DNA from: Candidatus Omnitrophota bacterium
GTDB lineage: Bacteria; Omnitrophota; Gorgyraeia; 2-01-FULL-45-10
Reading direction: 5' to 3'
DNA length: 64,000 nt
Assembly (NCBI GenBank): GCA_026387175.1
Contig: JAPLME010000006.1
Span: 44,078 to 108,077 of the forward strand
The notes beneath the pieces were generated by a model that ran no database searches, had not been told where the DNA came from, and worked only from the letters and a program-made list of their open reading frames with translations. This document shows, one piece after another, positions 22,310-32,456 of this stretch (its first letter is position 1; every line of letters starts with the position of its first letter). The translations under genes were made by a program, and so were the position numbers.

Positions 22310-23112
22310 TACTTCTTCGCCTCTTGTTTAAAGCTCGCATCAAAACCGCCCATTCCGCCCTCCGGCGATAGTATAAGCTTAGGTTTGCCGGAAAGCGTCA
22401 CTTTTTTATCGGTCTCAGAATAGCTTGCTCTTTGGCTGAATGTCGTGTTATCACCTCTTACTATCTTCACATTTCCATCCGCAATTATCTCCGTAAGCCT
22501 TCTTGTAGCGGGATCGAGATTAACCGTTATCTTGTCCGCGTCGATAGTTCCGTCTTCGCTCACAACCTTGACATTCTTAAGGAAGAACGCCTGGTTCTTC
22601 TCGTAATCAAACTGTACCTCGCCGTCGCAAGTTATCACGGTCTTCGATTTTTTAGGTTTTTCGCCTTTGGCGGCATCGGGCTTCTTATCCTTAGCTTGCC
22701 CGGCGCCTTCCACAAAGTCCCCCGTAAACCCTTTAGTCGCCAGGATGGTCGCATGCACATTCTTCTCAAGCATTACATTGTTCTTGTTCCTGTCGTAGAC
22801 GCCCTTATCGGCCGTGATGACGGCCTCCGATTCCTCGCCGTACGCCGATGCGATTATGTTATCCAGTTTGACCCTGTTCTCGGATATGGCCTCGGCTGAC
22901 TCCCCTTTCACATCCCACTTCTTAACGCCGCGCTCCGTCAGCCCTTCCAGGTTAAATGAAAGGACCTTATGGTTCACCGCGTCGCCCTGAGTCTTATCCG
23001 CAGCCTCCGGGGCCTTAGCCTCTTTCGCCTTCGGCTCTTCCTTATTGCCGCAGCCTCCTGTAAACAAAAATACGACCAGCAGCGCTACTGTGAGATTTCT
23101 CATATTATTCAT
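22309..23112 (-). CDS. LptC-like + LptA/OstA-like fusion protein, probable lipoprotein
   Basis: Hydrophobic N-terminus ending LFTGGC; first beta-jellyroll (KKWDVKGESA...ITADKGVYD...LEKNV); second jellyroll (ITCD...FLKNVKV...IDADKI...ADGNVKI...LSGKP); upstream of lptB; start set at 23112 (ATGA overlap). Confidence 0.75.
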   Translation of the reverse strand: MNNMRNLTVALLVVFLFTGGCGNKEEPKAKEAKAPEAADKTQGDAVNHKVLSFNLEGLTERGVKKWDVKGESAEAISENRVKLDNIIASAYGEESEAVITADKGVYDRNKNNVMLEKNVHATILATKGFTGDFVEGAGQAKDKKPDAAKGEKPKKSKTVITCDGEVQFDYEKNQAFFLKNVKVVSEDGTIDADKITVNLDPATRRLTEIIADGNVKIVRGDNTTFSQRASYSETDKKVTLSGKPKLILSPEGGMGGFDASFKQEAKK

Positions 23113-23999
23113 TTTGGCCTCGTCTTCCATCTTCTGTGCATCCAGACCCATTGATCCGGATACTTTCTGATATAGGACTCCACAACGTCCGACCATCTTC
23201 TCGTATTGGTTAAAATATCCGCTTCCTTATCACCGGTATCCGTTATCTCGATCGGCTTATCTATCATCAAAGTATGATTGCCGTCTTCTCTTCTTATTAT
23301 GAACGCCGGTACAATGGCGGCTCCGCTGGCCATCGCCAGCGCGGCAGGCCCCACAGGCGTATAAGCCGGCTTGCCGAAGAAATCGACGAATACGCCCTCT
23401 ACCGAATCGACATCCTGGTCGGCAAGCATACCTATTATCCCGCCTGCCTTCAGAATTTTCAGTATCCCTCTCGGCGACTGATCGCGATAGATGACATTGA
23501 CATCGGTCAACTTGCGCAGGTAATTAAGATACCGGTCGTATTTATGAAAATAGAGGCGTCTGCCTACTACCGAGCCAGGGTACTCTTTAACCTTCATCGT
23601 AGCAGCGAGCAGCTCCCAGTTGCCGAAATGGGCGGTGAGCATGATAACGCCCTTGCCCCTTTTAAGCTCATCCTCCAATATGCCTATATTCTCTATGTGG
23701 ACAAGGTTGTCTATATTAGACTTATTGATCTTAGGGAAATTGACAAGCTCTGCTCCGGTCTTACCCAGATTCTCAAAGACTTTAATAGCGAGACGCTTTA
23801 TTTCGGCTTCGTCCTTTTCAGGAAAGGCAAACCTCAGATTAGCTATTGTCAGATTCCTGTATTTCCCTGCCAGCGCGAAACCGATCCTGCCCAGCCAGGC
23901 CGCTATTGCGGCAGCGGCCCTGATCGGCATTAAATAGAATATGAATACGAGGCATCTGCCCCAATAGTAGAGATAATACCTCCTGAACTTGAATTTCAT
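23109..23999 (-). CDS. Lipid A late acyltransferase family (LpxL/HtrB-like)
   Basis: NLRFAFPE, TAHFGNWE, LADQD, FFG, IRKYPDQWVWMHRRWKT. Confidence 0.88.
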   Translation of the reverse strand: MKFKFRRYYLYYWGRCLVFIFYLMPIRAAAAIAAWLGRIGFALAGKYRNLTIANLRFAFPEKDEAEIKRLAIKVFENLGKTGAELVNFPKINKSNIDNLVHIENIGILEDELKRGKGVIMLTAHFGNWELLAATMKVKEYPGSVVGRRLYFHKYDRYLNYLRKLTDVNVIYRDQSPRGILKILKAGGIIGMLADQDVDSVEGVFVDFFGKPAYTPVGPAALAMASGAAIVPAFIIRREDGNHTLMIDKPIEITDTGDKEADILTNTRRWSDVVESYIRKYPDQWVWMHRRWKTRPK

Positions 24000-24010
24000 A
24001 TACGCTAATC

Positions 24011-24039
24011 ACTATATAATAGTAGGGCGGGTTTGTCAA
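24011..24039 (-). promoter_or_regulatory. Sigma70-type promoter of the lpxL-lptCA-lptB operon
   Basis: TTGACA (24039-24034), 17 nt spacer, TATAGT (24016-24011). Confidence 0.75.
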
Positions 24040-24051
24040 TCTCTTCGCTAC

Positions 24052-24261
24052 GGCGAAAATATCTTATAAACATTTCAGTCCGGCGTTTACTTTCGGTCAA
24101 TGCTTCCGCTTGCCGCTCGCTCGGAATAGGCTTCCTCGCTCGCTGTTGATAAAATTTCGATGATGAAGCCTGTACCGCCTATATGTATCGAAATTTTATA
24201 AAGTCGCTCCAGCATCGCCCGAAAGTTCCGCCATCTGACATATCCATATAATATTTTCGCC
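24052..24261. other. Long folded intergenic element (candidate ncRNA or ssDNA/REP-like element)
   Basis: Nested inverted repeats 24052-24062/24251-24261, 24089-24096/24219-24226 and 24149-24161/24187-24199, plus a tandem-GA hairpin at 24115-24143. Confidence 0.7.
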
Positions 24262-24460
24262 TTCGCTCCCCGGAAGATTTTTCGGCTCGCTCAGCAGGCC
24301 CTTGCGGGGTGGGTGTTGAGCGGGGCGTCGAAAGTCGCGAGCGGGCACGGATTTTTGGTCCTGGTATGCTTGCATGCCAAAAAGAGCGAGCGACCTTTCC
24401 GAGCGAAATTTCCTCGCAGGGGAAATTTCGCGTCCCCGCGATGCACCCACCCCGCAAGGG
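24262..24460. repeat. Branched palindromic intergenic element, copy 2
   Basis: Perfect 17-bp terminal inverted repeat 24299-24315 / 24444-24460; core nearly identical to 8300-8438. Confidence 0.9.
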
Positions 24461-24489
24461 ACGGGTCAGGAAGGACCGAAAAATCTCAC

Positions 24490-24539
24490 CAATAAAACAG
24501 GCGCCCCTAGCTAATAAGCTGAGGGGCGCCGTCTTTTTT
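24490..24539 (-). terminator. Intrinsic (possibly bidirectional) terminator after gap
   Basis: GGCGCCCCT-AGCT / AGCT-G-AGGGGCGCC hairpin (24500-24530) with T-rich tracts on both strands. Confidence 0.8.
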
Positions 24540-24554
24540 ACACCGTACCTCTGT

Positions 24555-25667
<1,113 letters not shown>

Positions 25668-25697
25668 TTATTTTTCCAGCATTTTTTATCTGAGGGC

Positions 25698-27002
25698 TTA
25701 CTTCCCTCTCAGGAATATGAGAAAATCGGCGGGATTGATCACTCCGAGGATATTGCCGAATTCATCTTTCACTATTATGATCTCACCCTTCCTTGCCTCG
25801 ACCTTGCTTAGCGCGGACTTGAGCGAAGTGTGGGGTCCGACCGTTATGAAGCGCCTCTGCATGACCTTTGTGACGGATGAGTCGAGCTCGTGCAGCAACG
25901 CCTCGGGGATCTTAAAGAGGACCTCCTTATTTATACTACTCAATTTTTCTCTAACGAAGTCGTACAGGACCGTGACCATTATCCTCTTATAGCTGATCGC
26001 CATCGGCATGAACGGCTTTCCTTCGATAAAATTCAGATGTGTCTCTAGGCTCGATTGGCCCGTCTCCTGGTCGATGGCCAGAAGGTATCTGAGCGAACTG
26101 TCCGGTATCGCGTCCACTCTCTCTTCCGGTATCGCCGCTAGATACGCGAGCTCATACACATCTTTCTCGTCCAGATCCAGAAAACTGTAATTATCCTTAA
26201 TATGGAAAGCGATCTCCCTATCCTGGTCCCTGTAGTTGGAAACGTATTTTTCGAATGTATCTACGGCATCCGCGAGGAATACACCGAGCGCGACATCGAC
26301 ATTATAAAGAAGCCCGGCGGCAACCATAGCCGCGTCGTCCGACTGCCCCGGTCCGACGTGATGGCGAATATACATGTACTTGATATGCTTTGGAAGACTG
26401 CGCTTCTTATTGTCCGGGTCCACTATCAGCCCGGATGATTTATAATAGTTCAGCCGATCCTCATGCTCCTGGTGGGCAAGCACTTCACCGTCAAGGCCCA
26501 TCTCTTCCATTATTTTAACATTGACTAGGTAACATTTGCCGTAACCGATATTGATGCCGTACAGCTCCTGGGTCTTCTTCCTTATATCGGGGTTATCTCT
26601 GAGGCCGCCCAGATACAGGCCTTTAAGTATATCGTGGTAATTTACGGTCCTGTCTTTGAACTGCGGAATTCCAAGAAGCGGTCTGCCGTTTTTTGTGACG
26701 AGCCTGTCCCTCGGGTCGTCCTCTATAGCGCTGTCGGCGTACTCGAATATCTCATCGATAAGTTCCTGGCGCTTCGTCTTTATGACTTTCGGGCTCCTGC
26801 CGAGGGCGCTTACGATATCGTCTATGGTGGTATTTACGTAGAAACGTTTATTGAATGCGCCGGCGCCGTTATGGGCGCGGCCCTCTATGGACTGCATGAA
26901 GACAAGGTCTTCTATTCTGGGGATCGTGCAGAGCCTCTCCGAGGTCTTCAGATTGCGGAAATCCTGCTGGATCAGTTCGGCCAGCGCTATCTTCTTCGGC
27001 AT
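25698..27002 (-). CDS. Hypothetical protein with a single C-terminal CBS-like domain
   Basis: 434-aa ORF with its own promoter; C-terminus VTKVMQRRFITVGPHTSL...IIVKDEFGNILGVINPADF fits a CBS motif; N-terminal ~360 aa unrecognised. Confidence 0.7.
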   Translation of the reverse strand: MPKKIALAELIQQDFRNLKTSERLCTIPRIEDLVFMQSIEGRAHNGAGAFNKRFYVNTTIDDIVSALGRSPKVIKTKRQELIDEIFEYADSAIEDDPRDRLVTKNGRPLLGIPQFKDRTVNYHDILKGLYLGGLRDNPDIRKKTQELYGINIGYGKCYLVNVKIMEEMGLDGEVLAHQEHEDRLNYYKSSGLIVDPDNKKRSLPKHIKYMYIRHHVGPGQSDDAAMVAAGLLYNVDVALGVFLADAVDTFEKYVSNYRDQDREIAFHIKDNYSFLDLDEKDVYELAYLAAIPEERVDAIPDSSLRYLLAIDQETGQSSLETHLNFIEGKPFMPMAISYKRIMVTVLYDFVREKLSSINKEVLFKIPEALLHELDSSVTKVMQRRFITVGPHTSLKSALSKVEARKGEIIIVKDEFGNILGVINPADFLIFLRGK

Positions 27003-27011
27003 AATTGATGA

Positions 27012-27020
27012 ATTATATCA
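27012..27020 (-). promoter_or_regulatory. Extended -10 promoter for the CBS-domain gene
   Basis: TGA-TATAAT, 9 nt upstream of the ATG at 27002; TTGCAT-like -35 about 16 nt upstream. Confidence 0.65.
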
Positions 27021-27048
27021 CAGCGCCGTTTTTATGCAAGAACATACT

Positions 27049-27987
27049 CTATATGAAGATATCGCCGGCGTGTAACCTGTGGCCGCGGAGGAACGAATCG
27101 GCGTCGAGAACCTTCCCACCCTCGAGCTGAAGATATTTTATCGCTATAGTTCCGGAGCCGGTATTCATCACGATGCCCTTGCCTCTTATTGTATCAAGGA
27201 CCTCTCCCGGCTTAACCCCGTCCCTGGCCGGATAATCGGTAAGTTCGGTATTCAATATCTTCAACGTTTTACCTGAAGCGCTCGTATATGCGCTCGGCCA
27301 CGGCAATAGGCCTCTGACTCTGTTATGTATAATTCTCGCGGGCTGGCCCCAGTCGATAATGCCGTCTTCCTTCTTCAATTTAGGGGCCAGAGTAGCCAGG
27401 GTTTTGTCCTGAGGTTTAAAAACCACTCTTCCGGATTCTATCAATTCCATCGCTTCGATAAGCGCCTTAGCGCCAAGGGCCGAAAGTGTTTCATTAAGCG
27501 TGATATTAGTATCTTCTTCATTTATCATAACTTCGCGTCTCAATATTATGTCGCCTTCATCCATCCGCTCGTTCATCCTGATAATAGTAACGCCGCTCGT
27601 CTTATCGCCGTTAATTATCGCCCAGTTGGTCGGCGCGGCTCCGCGGTACTTGGGGAGAAGCGAGCCATGCAGATTTATCGCCGAGAGTCTTGGGACGGAT
27701 AGTGCTTCGGGCTTCAGTATCTGGCCAAACGCGATAACCACGAATAGGTCCGCGCCCAGCTTCTTCAGATATTCAATAGCTTCGCGGCTGGATGCGTCCT
27801 CCGGCTGATAAACGGGAATGCCGTGTGTCTCGGCCACAATCTTAGTCAGCGGAGGCTGGATCTTCAGATTGCGCCCGCGCTTTCTGTCCGGCTGCGTTAC
27901 GAGCGCCAGCACCTTATGCTTCGAGGCAATAAGCGCCTTAAACGCCGGAATGGCAAACTCCGCAGTGCCAAAGAAAACAATATTCAT
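27049..27987 (-). CDS. fmt: Methionyl-tRNA formyltransferase
   Basis: VTQPDRKRGR, AFGQIL, NLHGSLLPKYRGAAP, MDEGD, APKLKKEDG, PWP. Confidence 0.97.
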   Translation of the reverse strand: MNIVFFGTAEFAIPAFKALIASKHKVLALVTQPDRKRGRNLKIQPPLTKIVAETHGIPVYQPEDASSREAIEYLKKLGADLFVVIAFGQILKPEALSVPRLSAINLHGSLLPKYRGAAPTNWAIINGDKTSGVTIIRMNERMDEGDIILRREVMINEEDTNITLNETLSALGAKALIEAMELIESGRVVFKPQDKTLATLAPKLKKEDGIIDWGQPARIIHNRVRGLLPWPSAYTSASGKTLKILNTELTDYPARDGVKPGEVLDTIRGKGIVMNTGSGTIAIKYLQLEGGKVLDADSFLRGHRLHAGDIFI

Positions 27988-27999
27988 CTCTACTCCCCC

Positions 28000-30000
28000 T
28001 CACATAGAAATAGGGTCTACGTCGACCGCTATCAGGACGCCGTGCGGTTTACGGAAACTGCCGAGGACTTTCCTCAGCAGGGCGCATATAGCGGTCTTGT
28101 CCTTACCCTTCATTAATATATTATACCTGAAGTATCCGCGCATCCTGGCCATCGGCGCCGGAGCAGGCCCAGAGAACATCGCGTCCTTATCTTCCGCCCT
28201 TATAGCTTCCGCCAGCTCGTCCGCCGTCTGATGCGTGAATTCTTCATTTCTTGCCCTCACCACCACCTTGACTAAATTGATGAACGGGGGGAATAGGAGC
28301 TCTTTGCGCGACACTATCTCCTCCTCGTAGAACTTGTCATAATCGTGCTTGGCCGCCGCAAGTATCGCGTAATGGTCCGGCGTGTAGGTCTGAACTATGA
28401 CCTCTCCGCCGTCCTCACCGCGGCCCGCCCTTCCTCCCACCTGGGTAAGTAAATTAAATGTCCTCTCGCTCGAGCGAAAGTCGGGGATATTCAACGTGAC
28501 ATCCGCCGAGACGACCCCGACGAGCGTCACCTGAGGAAAATCGAGGCCCTTCGCGATCATCTGCGTCCCGACCAGCATCTTCACTTCGCCCGACTTAAAC
28601 CTGCTCAATATCCTATCATGAGATCCTTTTTTTGCGGTAGTATCCGAATCCATTCTGGCTATTTTGATATTAGCGAAAGCATGGCTCATCTCCGACTCCA
28701 CTTTCTCAGTGCCGAGGCCGAAATATCTTATGTAACCGGATTTGCATTTCGGGCATATGTCGGGCGGGGGTTGATGATAGTTGCAATAGTGGCATACGAG
28801 CTTCTTCTCCTCAAAATGATAGACCATGACCGCATCGCACCGTCTGCATTTCATGACGAACCCGCACTTCTTGCAGTTAATGAACGTCGAGAAGCCGCGC
28901 CTGTTCAGGAATATTATAACCTGATTACCCGCCTTGAGGGCTTTATCTATGGCATCCAGCAGCACCTTCGAGAATACGGTTATCCTCTTCCTCGTAGCAA
29001 GTTCCATCCTCATATCGACGATCTTCATCTTGGGCAGGAGCCTGTCCTCGATACGTCTGGTAAGGCGTATAAGCTTATAGTCGCCGTGTTTTGCCTTATA
29101 ATATGATTCGAGCGAAGGCGTCGCGCTTCCCAATATGAGCGGGCATTTATTCAGTCTGGATCTCTCCTCGGCCACATCGCGCGCGTGGTAACGCGGAACG
29201 TCATCCTGTTTATACGTCGTCTCATGCTCTTCATCTATTATTATGAGACCGAGCCGCGACATGGGGCTGAATATGGCCGAGCGCGCCCCGACGACTATAT
29301 CAGCCTTGTCGTCTTTTATCTTCTTCCATTCCAGAAATCTTTTCGCTGGAGTGAGGTGAGAATGGATGACCGCTACACGATGGCCGAACCTGGAGACAAA
29401 ACGCTCTATCGTCTGCGGCGTCAACGCTATCTCCGGCACGAGCATGATAGCCTGCTTGCCTTTCTGCAAGACTATTTCTATGGCCTGCAAATAAACCTCC
29501 GTCTTGCCGCTGGCAGTTATGCCGTGAAGGAGGAATGTCCGGGGCTCATTTTTATCGATAGACTCCTCTATCTCTTTCAGTGCTCTTCCCTGCTCCTCCA
29601 TCAGGACATGGGGCTCCGTTATCACAAAATCTTCCGCTCTCATTTCCGGGACCTTGATCCTCGACCCGATACTCTCTTTGCCCTTCCTTATGCCGCCGGG
29701 TATAACCGCGCCTATCGCCTCTCCCCATGAACAGAAGTAATTTTCGCCTATCCATTTCGTAAGCTTCAACAGTTCGTCCGTCAGGATGGGCTCTTTATCA
29801 ATAACTCCTTTTATTTCCTTCACATCCTTCACTTCGGCAACGTCATTTAAGCCCACTACATATCCTACAATGGTCCTGGGGCCGAACGGGATAAATACCC
29901 TCGCGCCTATCCTCACATCATTATAAAGCCCTTCCGGTATCCTGTACTGGAAGAGCTTGTCGACCGGCAACGATACGGCAACCTCAGCGAATTTTGTCAT
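28000..30000 (-). CDS. priA: Primosomal protein N' (replication restart helicase)
   Basis: GITASGKTEVY, LVPEIALTPQ, IDEEHE, GSATPS, LNRRG, Cys-rich Zn region, GTQMIAKGLDF, GRAGR, VDVDP. Confidence 0.97.
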   Translation of the reverse strand: MTKFAEVAVSLPVDKLFQYRIPEGLYNDVRIGARVFIPFGPRTIVGYVVGLNDVAEVKDVKEIKGVIDKEPILTDELLKLTKWIGENYFCSWGEAIGAVIPGGIRKGKESIGSRIKVPEMRAEDFVITEPHVLMEEQGRALKEIEESIDKNEPRTFLLHGITASGKTEVYLQAIEIVLQKGKQAIMLVPEIALTPQTIERFVSRFGHRVAVIHSHLTPAKRFLEWKKIKDDKADIVVGARSAIFSPMSRLGLIIIDEEHETTYKQDDVPRYHARDVAEERSRLNKCPLILGSATPSLESYYKAKHGDYKLIRLTRRIEDRLLPKMKIVDMRMELATRKRITVFSKVLLDAIDKALKAGNQVIIFLNRRGFSTFINCKKCGFVMKCRRCDAVMVYHFEEKKLVCHYCNYHQPPPDICPKCKSGYIRYFGLGTEKVESEMSHAFANIKIARMDSDTTAKKGSHDRILSRFKSGEVKMLVGTQMIAKGLDFPQVTLVGVVSADVTLNIPDFRSSERTFNLLTQVGGRAGRGEDGGEVIVQTYTPDHYAILAAAKHDYDKFYEEEIVSRKELLFPPFINLVKVVVRARNEEFTHQTADELAEAIRAEDKDAMFSGPAPAPMARMRGYFRYNILMKGKDKTAICALLRKVLGSFRKPHGVLIAVDVDPISM

Positions 30001-30004
30001 TTGA

Positions 30005-30721
30005 TCACAATAATTTCTTAATCTTTTTCATGTCAGCCCAGGCCAGTTTTTTATCCTGCGGGTTTCTGAGAAGATATGCGGGATGGAACGTCGGCATCAC
30101 CTTTATACCTTCGTATTCATAAAAACTACCGCGAAGCCGGCTTATGGTGGTTTCCGTGTTGAGGAGCGTCTGGCTCGCGAATTTTCCCAATGTGCATATG
30201 ACTTTCGGTTTTATTATGGCTATCTGACGCCTCACGTTCTCCCTGCAGGCCGATATCTCCTCAGGAAGCGGCGCGCGGTTATTGGGCGGCCTGCACTTTA
30301 ATATATTAGCGATATAAACGTCTTCCCGTTCCAAGCCCATAGCCTCTATTATCTTGGTCAGGAGCTGTCCGGCGCGTCCGACGAATGGCAGGCCCTGGAT
30401 GTCCTCTTCCGAGCCCGGCGCCTCGCCGACGAACATTAACCTGGCTCTCGAGTTACCGGCGCCGAAGACGACATTCAATCTCGTCTTAGATAGACCGCAG
30501 GCTCTGCATCGCAACACTTCCTTTTTCAGAGCTTCAAGCTGCTGCTTTACGTCTCCGCTTGCCGAAGTCTTTGCGCTTCCCGCCGCAGGCTGCGAAGAAA
30601 ACAATTCCTCCGTCCCGGACTCTTTTTCAAATTCGATATACGATTTAACCGATCTTAAAATAGTTAAAATAGGGGACAGCGCCCTATTTTCCCTATTTTC
30701 ATTCACGCTACCATGGTTCAT
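30005..30721 (-). CDS. Uracil-DNA glycosylase family 4 (4Fe-4S)
   Basis: [37 protein letters not shown]. Confidence 0.93.
   Translation of the reverse strand: MNHGSVNENRENRALSPILTILRSVKSYIEFEKESGTEELFSSQPAAGSAKTSASGDVKQQLEALKKEVLRCRACGLSKTRLNVVFGAGNSRARLMFVGEAPGSEEDIQGLPFVGRAGQLLTKIIEAMGLEREDVYIANILKCRPPNNRAPLPEEISACRENVRRQIAIIKPKVICTLGKFASQTLLNTETTISRLRGSFYEYEGIKVMPTFHPAYLLRNPQDKKLAWADMKKIKKLL
30666..30699. repeat. Short palindrome AAAATAGGG-GACAGCG-CCCTATTTT with duplicated arm, inside the UDG N-terminus
   Basis: 9-bp perfect inverted repeat 30666-30674 / 30682-30690 plus a direct copy of CCCTATTTT at 30691-30699. Confidence 0.75.
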
Positions 30722-31851
30722 TTCGCGCTCGCAGTCTCAATAGCCAGTTTCGCCACATCGTAACAGGCCTCCGGCTTCTTTATCTTCTGTATCTCGCTTC
30801 TCATTTTGACCAATCTTTCAGGATGGGCCGTCAACTTCTCCAGAGCATCCTTAAGGTCTTCTATCCTATCCACCTTAATTGCCGCGCCGTGCCTTACGAT
30901 AAATGAACTATTGCGGGTCTCCTGTCCTATGATCGGAGCTATCACCATCATCGGAAGCTCCTTCGCAAGACTCTCGCTCACCGTTATACCACCCGACTTG
31001 GAGATCAGGAGGTCCGCTATCTCCATATATTCATATACATTATTTACAAAGCCAAAGACGGCCATCTTGTCCTTAAATTTCGGCTTTAAGGCCTCGAGCC
31101 TCTTCACAAGCTCTTCATTATGGCCGCATACAGCTATTATCTGTATCGGGCGGGATATGCTGTCTATCGTCTTCACTATGGCCTCGATCGGCCCGACGCC
31201 GAATCCTCCGCCTATAACGAGTATCGTCAGGCGGTCATCGCCGAGCCCCAGCTTATTCAATATCGCTTTTCCATCTACGGGTTTTGAAAATACCGGCTCT
31301 ATAGGTATGCCTAAAACCTTTATTTTAGATTCCTCAACCTTCCACTTCAAGAGATCGCACTTGGTATCTTCTCCGGCTACCACATAAACATCCGTCTCTC
31401 CCGCTATCCACCATGAGTGCAGCCTGTAATCGGTAACGACCGTGATAAGGCGGGAGTCGAGAGCGCCTGCCTTCTTCATATCTCCTATGACCTCGCTTGC
31501 GAAGAAATGCGTAGAGATTATTACGTCCGGCTTCCATGATAATAGATATTCGCGCAGTTTTGCGGAATTGAACCAATTGTTAAGCCTTCTCATTTGTGAG
31601 ACGATCAGGTTAATGAACGGATTGTCCGTAAGATAATAGGAGATCCCCCAGAGAGTGGGCGTCTTATTTACCATGAAGAGATATATCTGCAGATATGACC
31701 ATTTGAATGACTCGCTGGTATAATCGAGCGCGTCTATTATGCGCACCTCCGTATCCGCCGGCTTCATCTCATCGAGCGCCGCCTTCACGGCCAGGGCCGC
31801 CTTTTTATGGCCTATGCCGGCCGTCGCATACGCTATCAATATCTTTTTCAT
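30718..31851 (-). CDS. GT28 glycosyltransferase (MGDG synthase / UgtP-like)
   Basis: [50 protein letters not shown]; start set at 31851. Confidence 0.85.
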   Translation of the reverse strand: MKKILIAYATAGIGHKKAALAVKAALDEMKPADTEVRIIDALDYTSESFKWSYLQIYLFMVNKTPTLWGISYYLTDNPFINLIVSQMRRLNNWFNSAKLREYLLSWKPDVIISTHFFASEVIGDMKKAGALDSRLITVVTDYRLHSWWIAGETDVYVVAGEDTKCDLLKWKVEESKIKVLGIPIEPVFSKPVDGKAILNKLGLGDDRLTILVIGGGFGVGPIEAIVKTIDSISRPIQIIAVCGHNEELVKRLEALKPKFKDKMAVFGFVNNVYEYMEIADLLISKSGGITVSESLAKELPMMVIAPIIGQETRNSSFIVRHGAAIKVDRIEDLKDALEKLTAHPERLVKMRSEIQKIKKPEACYDVAKLAIETASAK

Positions 31852-32456
31852 TGTTTCCTGCCTTCCCTTTCTCTTCGCATCGACCTTTCGGATTTCCTTC
31901 TCTCTTTTACAAGCAGCCACTTCACCGCCTCCAGGAGGTCCTTAAAGATATAGTCCGGCTTAACGCTCCACTTTCTCATCTCATCCCTGGTGGTCTTGCC
32001 GGAAAGCACAAATATAGTATTCAGTCCCGCGCTCTTGCCGGCCAGGACATCGACCTCGCTGTCCCCTATTATAAAGGTATCGCGGGCCGTAACGCTGTAT
32101 TTCTTAATGGCCTGTTCGAGCATGCCGGGTTTGGGTTTCCTGCAATTGCAATTATCCTCGTTCGTATGGACGCAATAATAGACCTCGCTTATCTTGCCGC
32201 TATTCTTTTTAATTTCGGAGAGCATCATGCAGGTTATTTCGTCCAGCCTCTCTTTCGAAAAGTACCCCTTATTCACACCGGCCTGGTTCGATACTATCAC
32301 GACCTGCACTCTGTTACGGTTTAAGAGAGCCAGGGCCTCGAGCGCGCCCGGAAGAAAATGGAAATCTTTCAGCTCGGCCACATATTGATGCCTTGTCCAG
32401 CCGCCGGGATCTTTATTAACCACACCGTCTCTATCTATAAAGATCGTCTTTATCAT
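31848..32456 (-). CDS. gmhB: D-glycero-D-manno-heptose 1,7-bisphosphate phosphatase (HAD IIIA)
   Basis: FIDRDGVVN, VSNQAG, CxH...CNCRKPKPGM, IGDSEVD. Confidence 0.85.
   Translation of the reverse strand: MIKTIFIDRDGVVNKDPGGWTRHQYVAELKDFHFLPGALEALALLNRNRVQVVIVSNQAGVNKGYFSKERLDEITCMMLSEIKKNSGKISEVYYCVHTNEDNCNCRKPKPGMLEQAIKKYSVTARDTFIIGDSEVDVLAGKSAGLNTIFVLSGKTTRDEMRKWSVKPDYIFKDLLEAVKWLLVKERRKSERSMRREREGRKQ

Noticed and set aside
32057-32070. 14-nt inverted match to the UDG palindrome (AATAGGGGACAGCG) inside gmhB
   Set aside because: It encodes the conserved IGDS motif of HAD IIIA phosphatases and lacks the second palindrome arm, so it is most likely coincidence.
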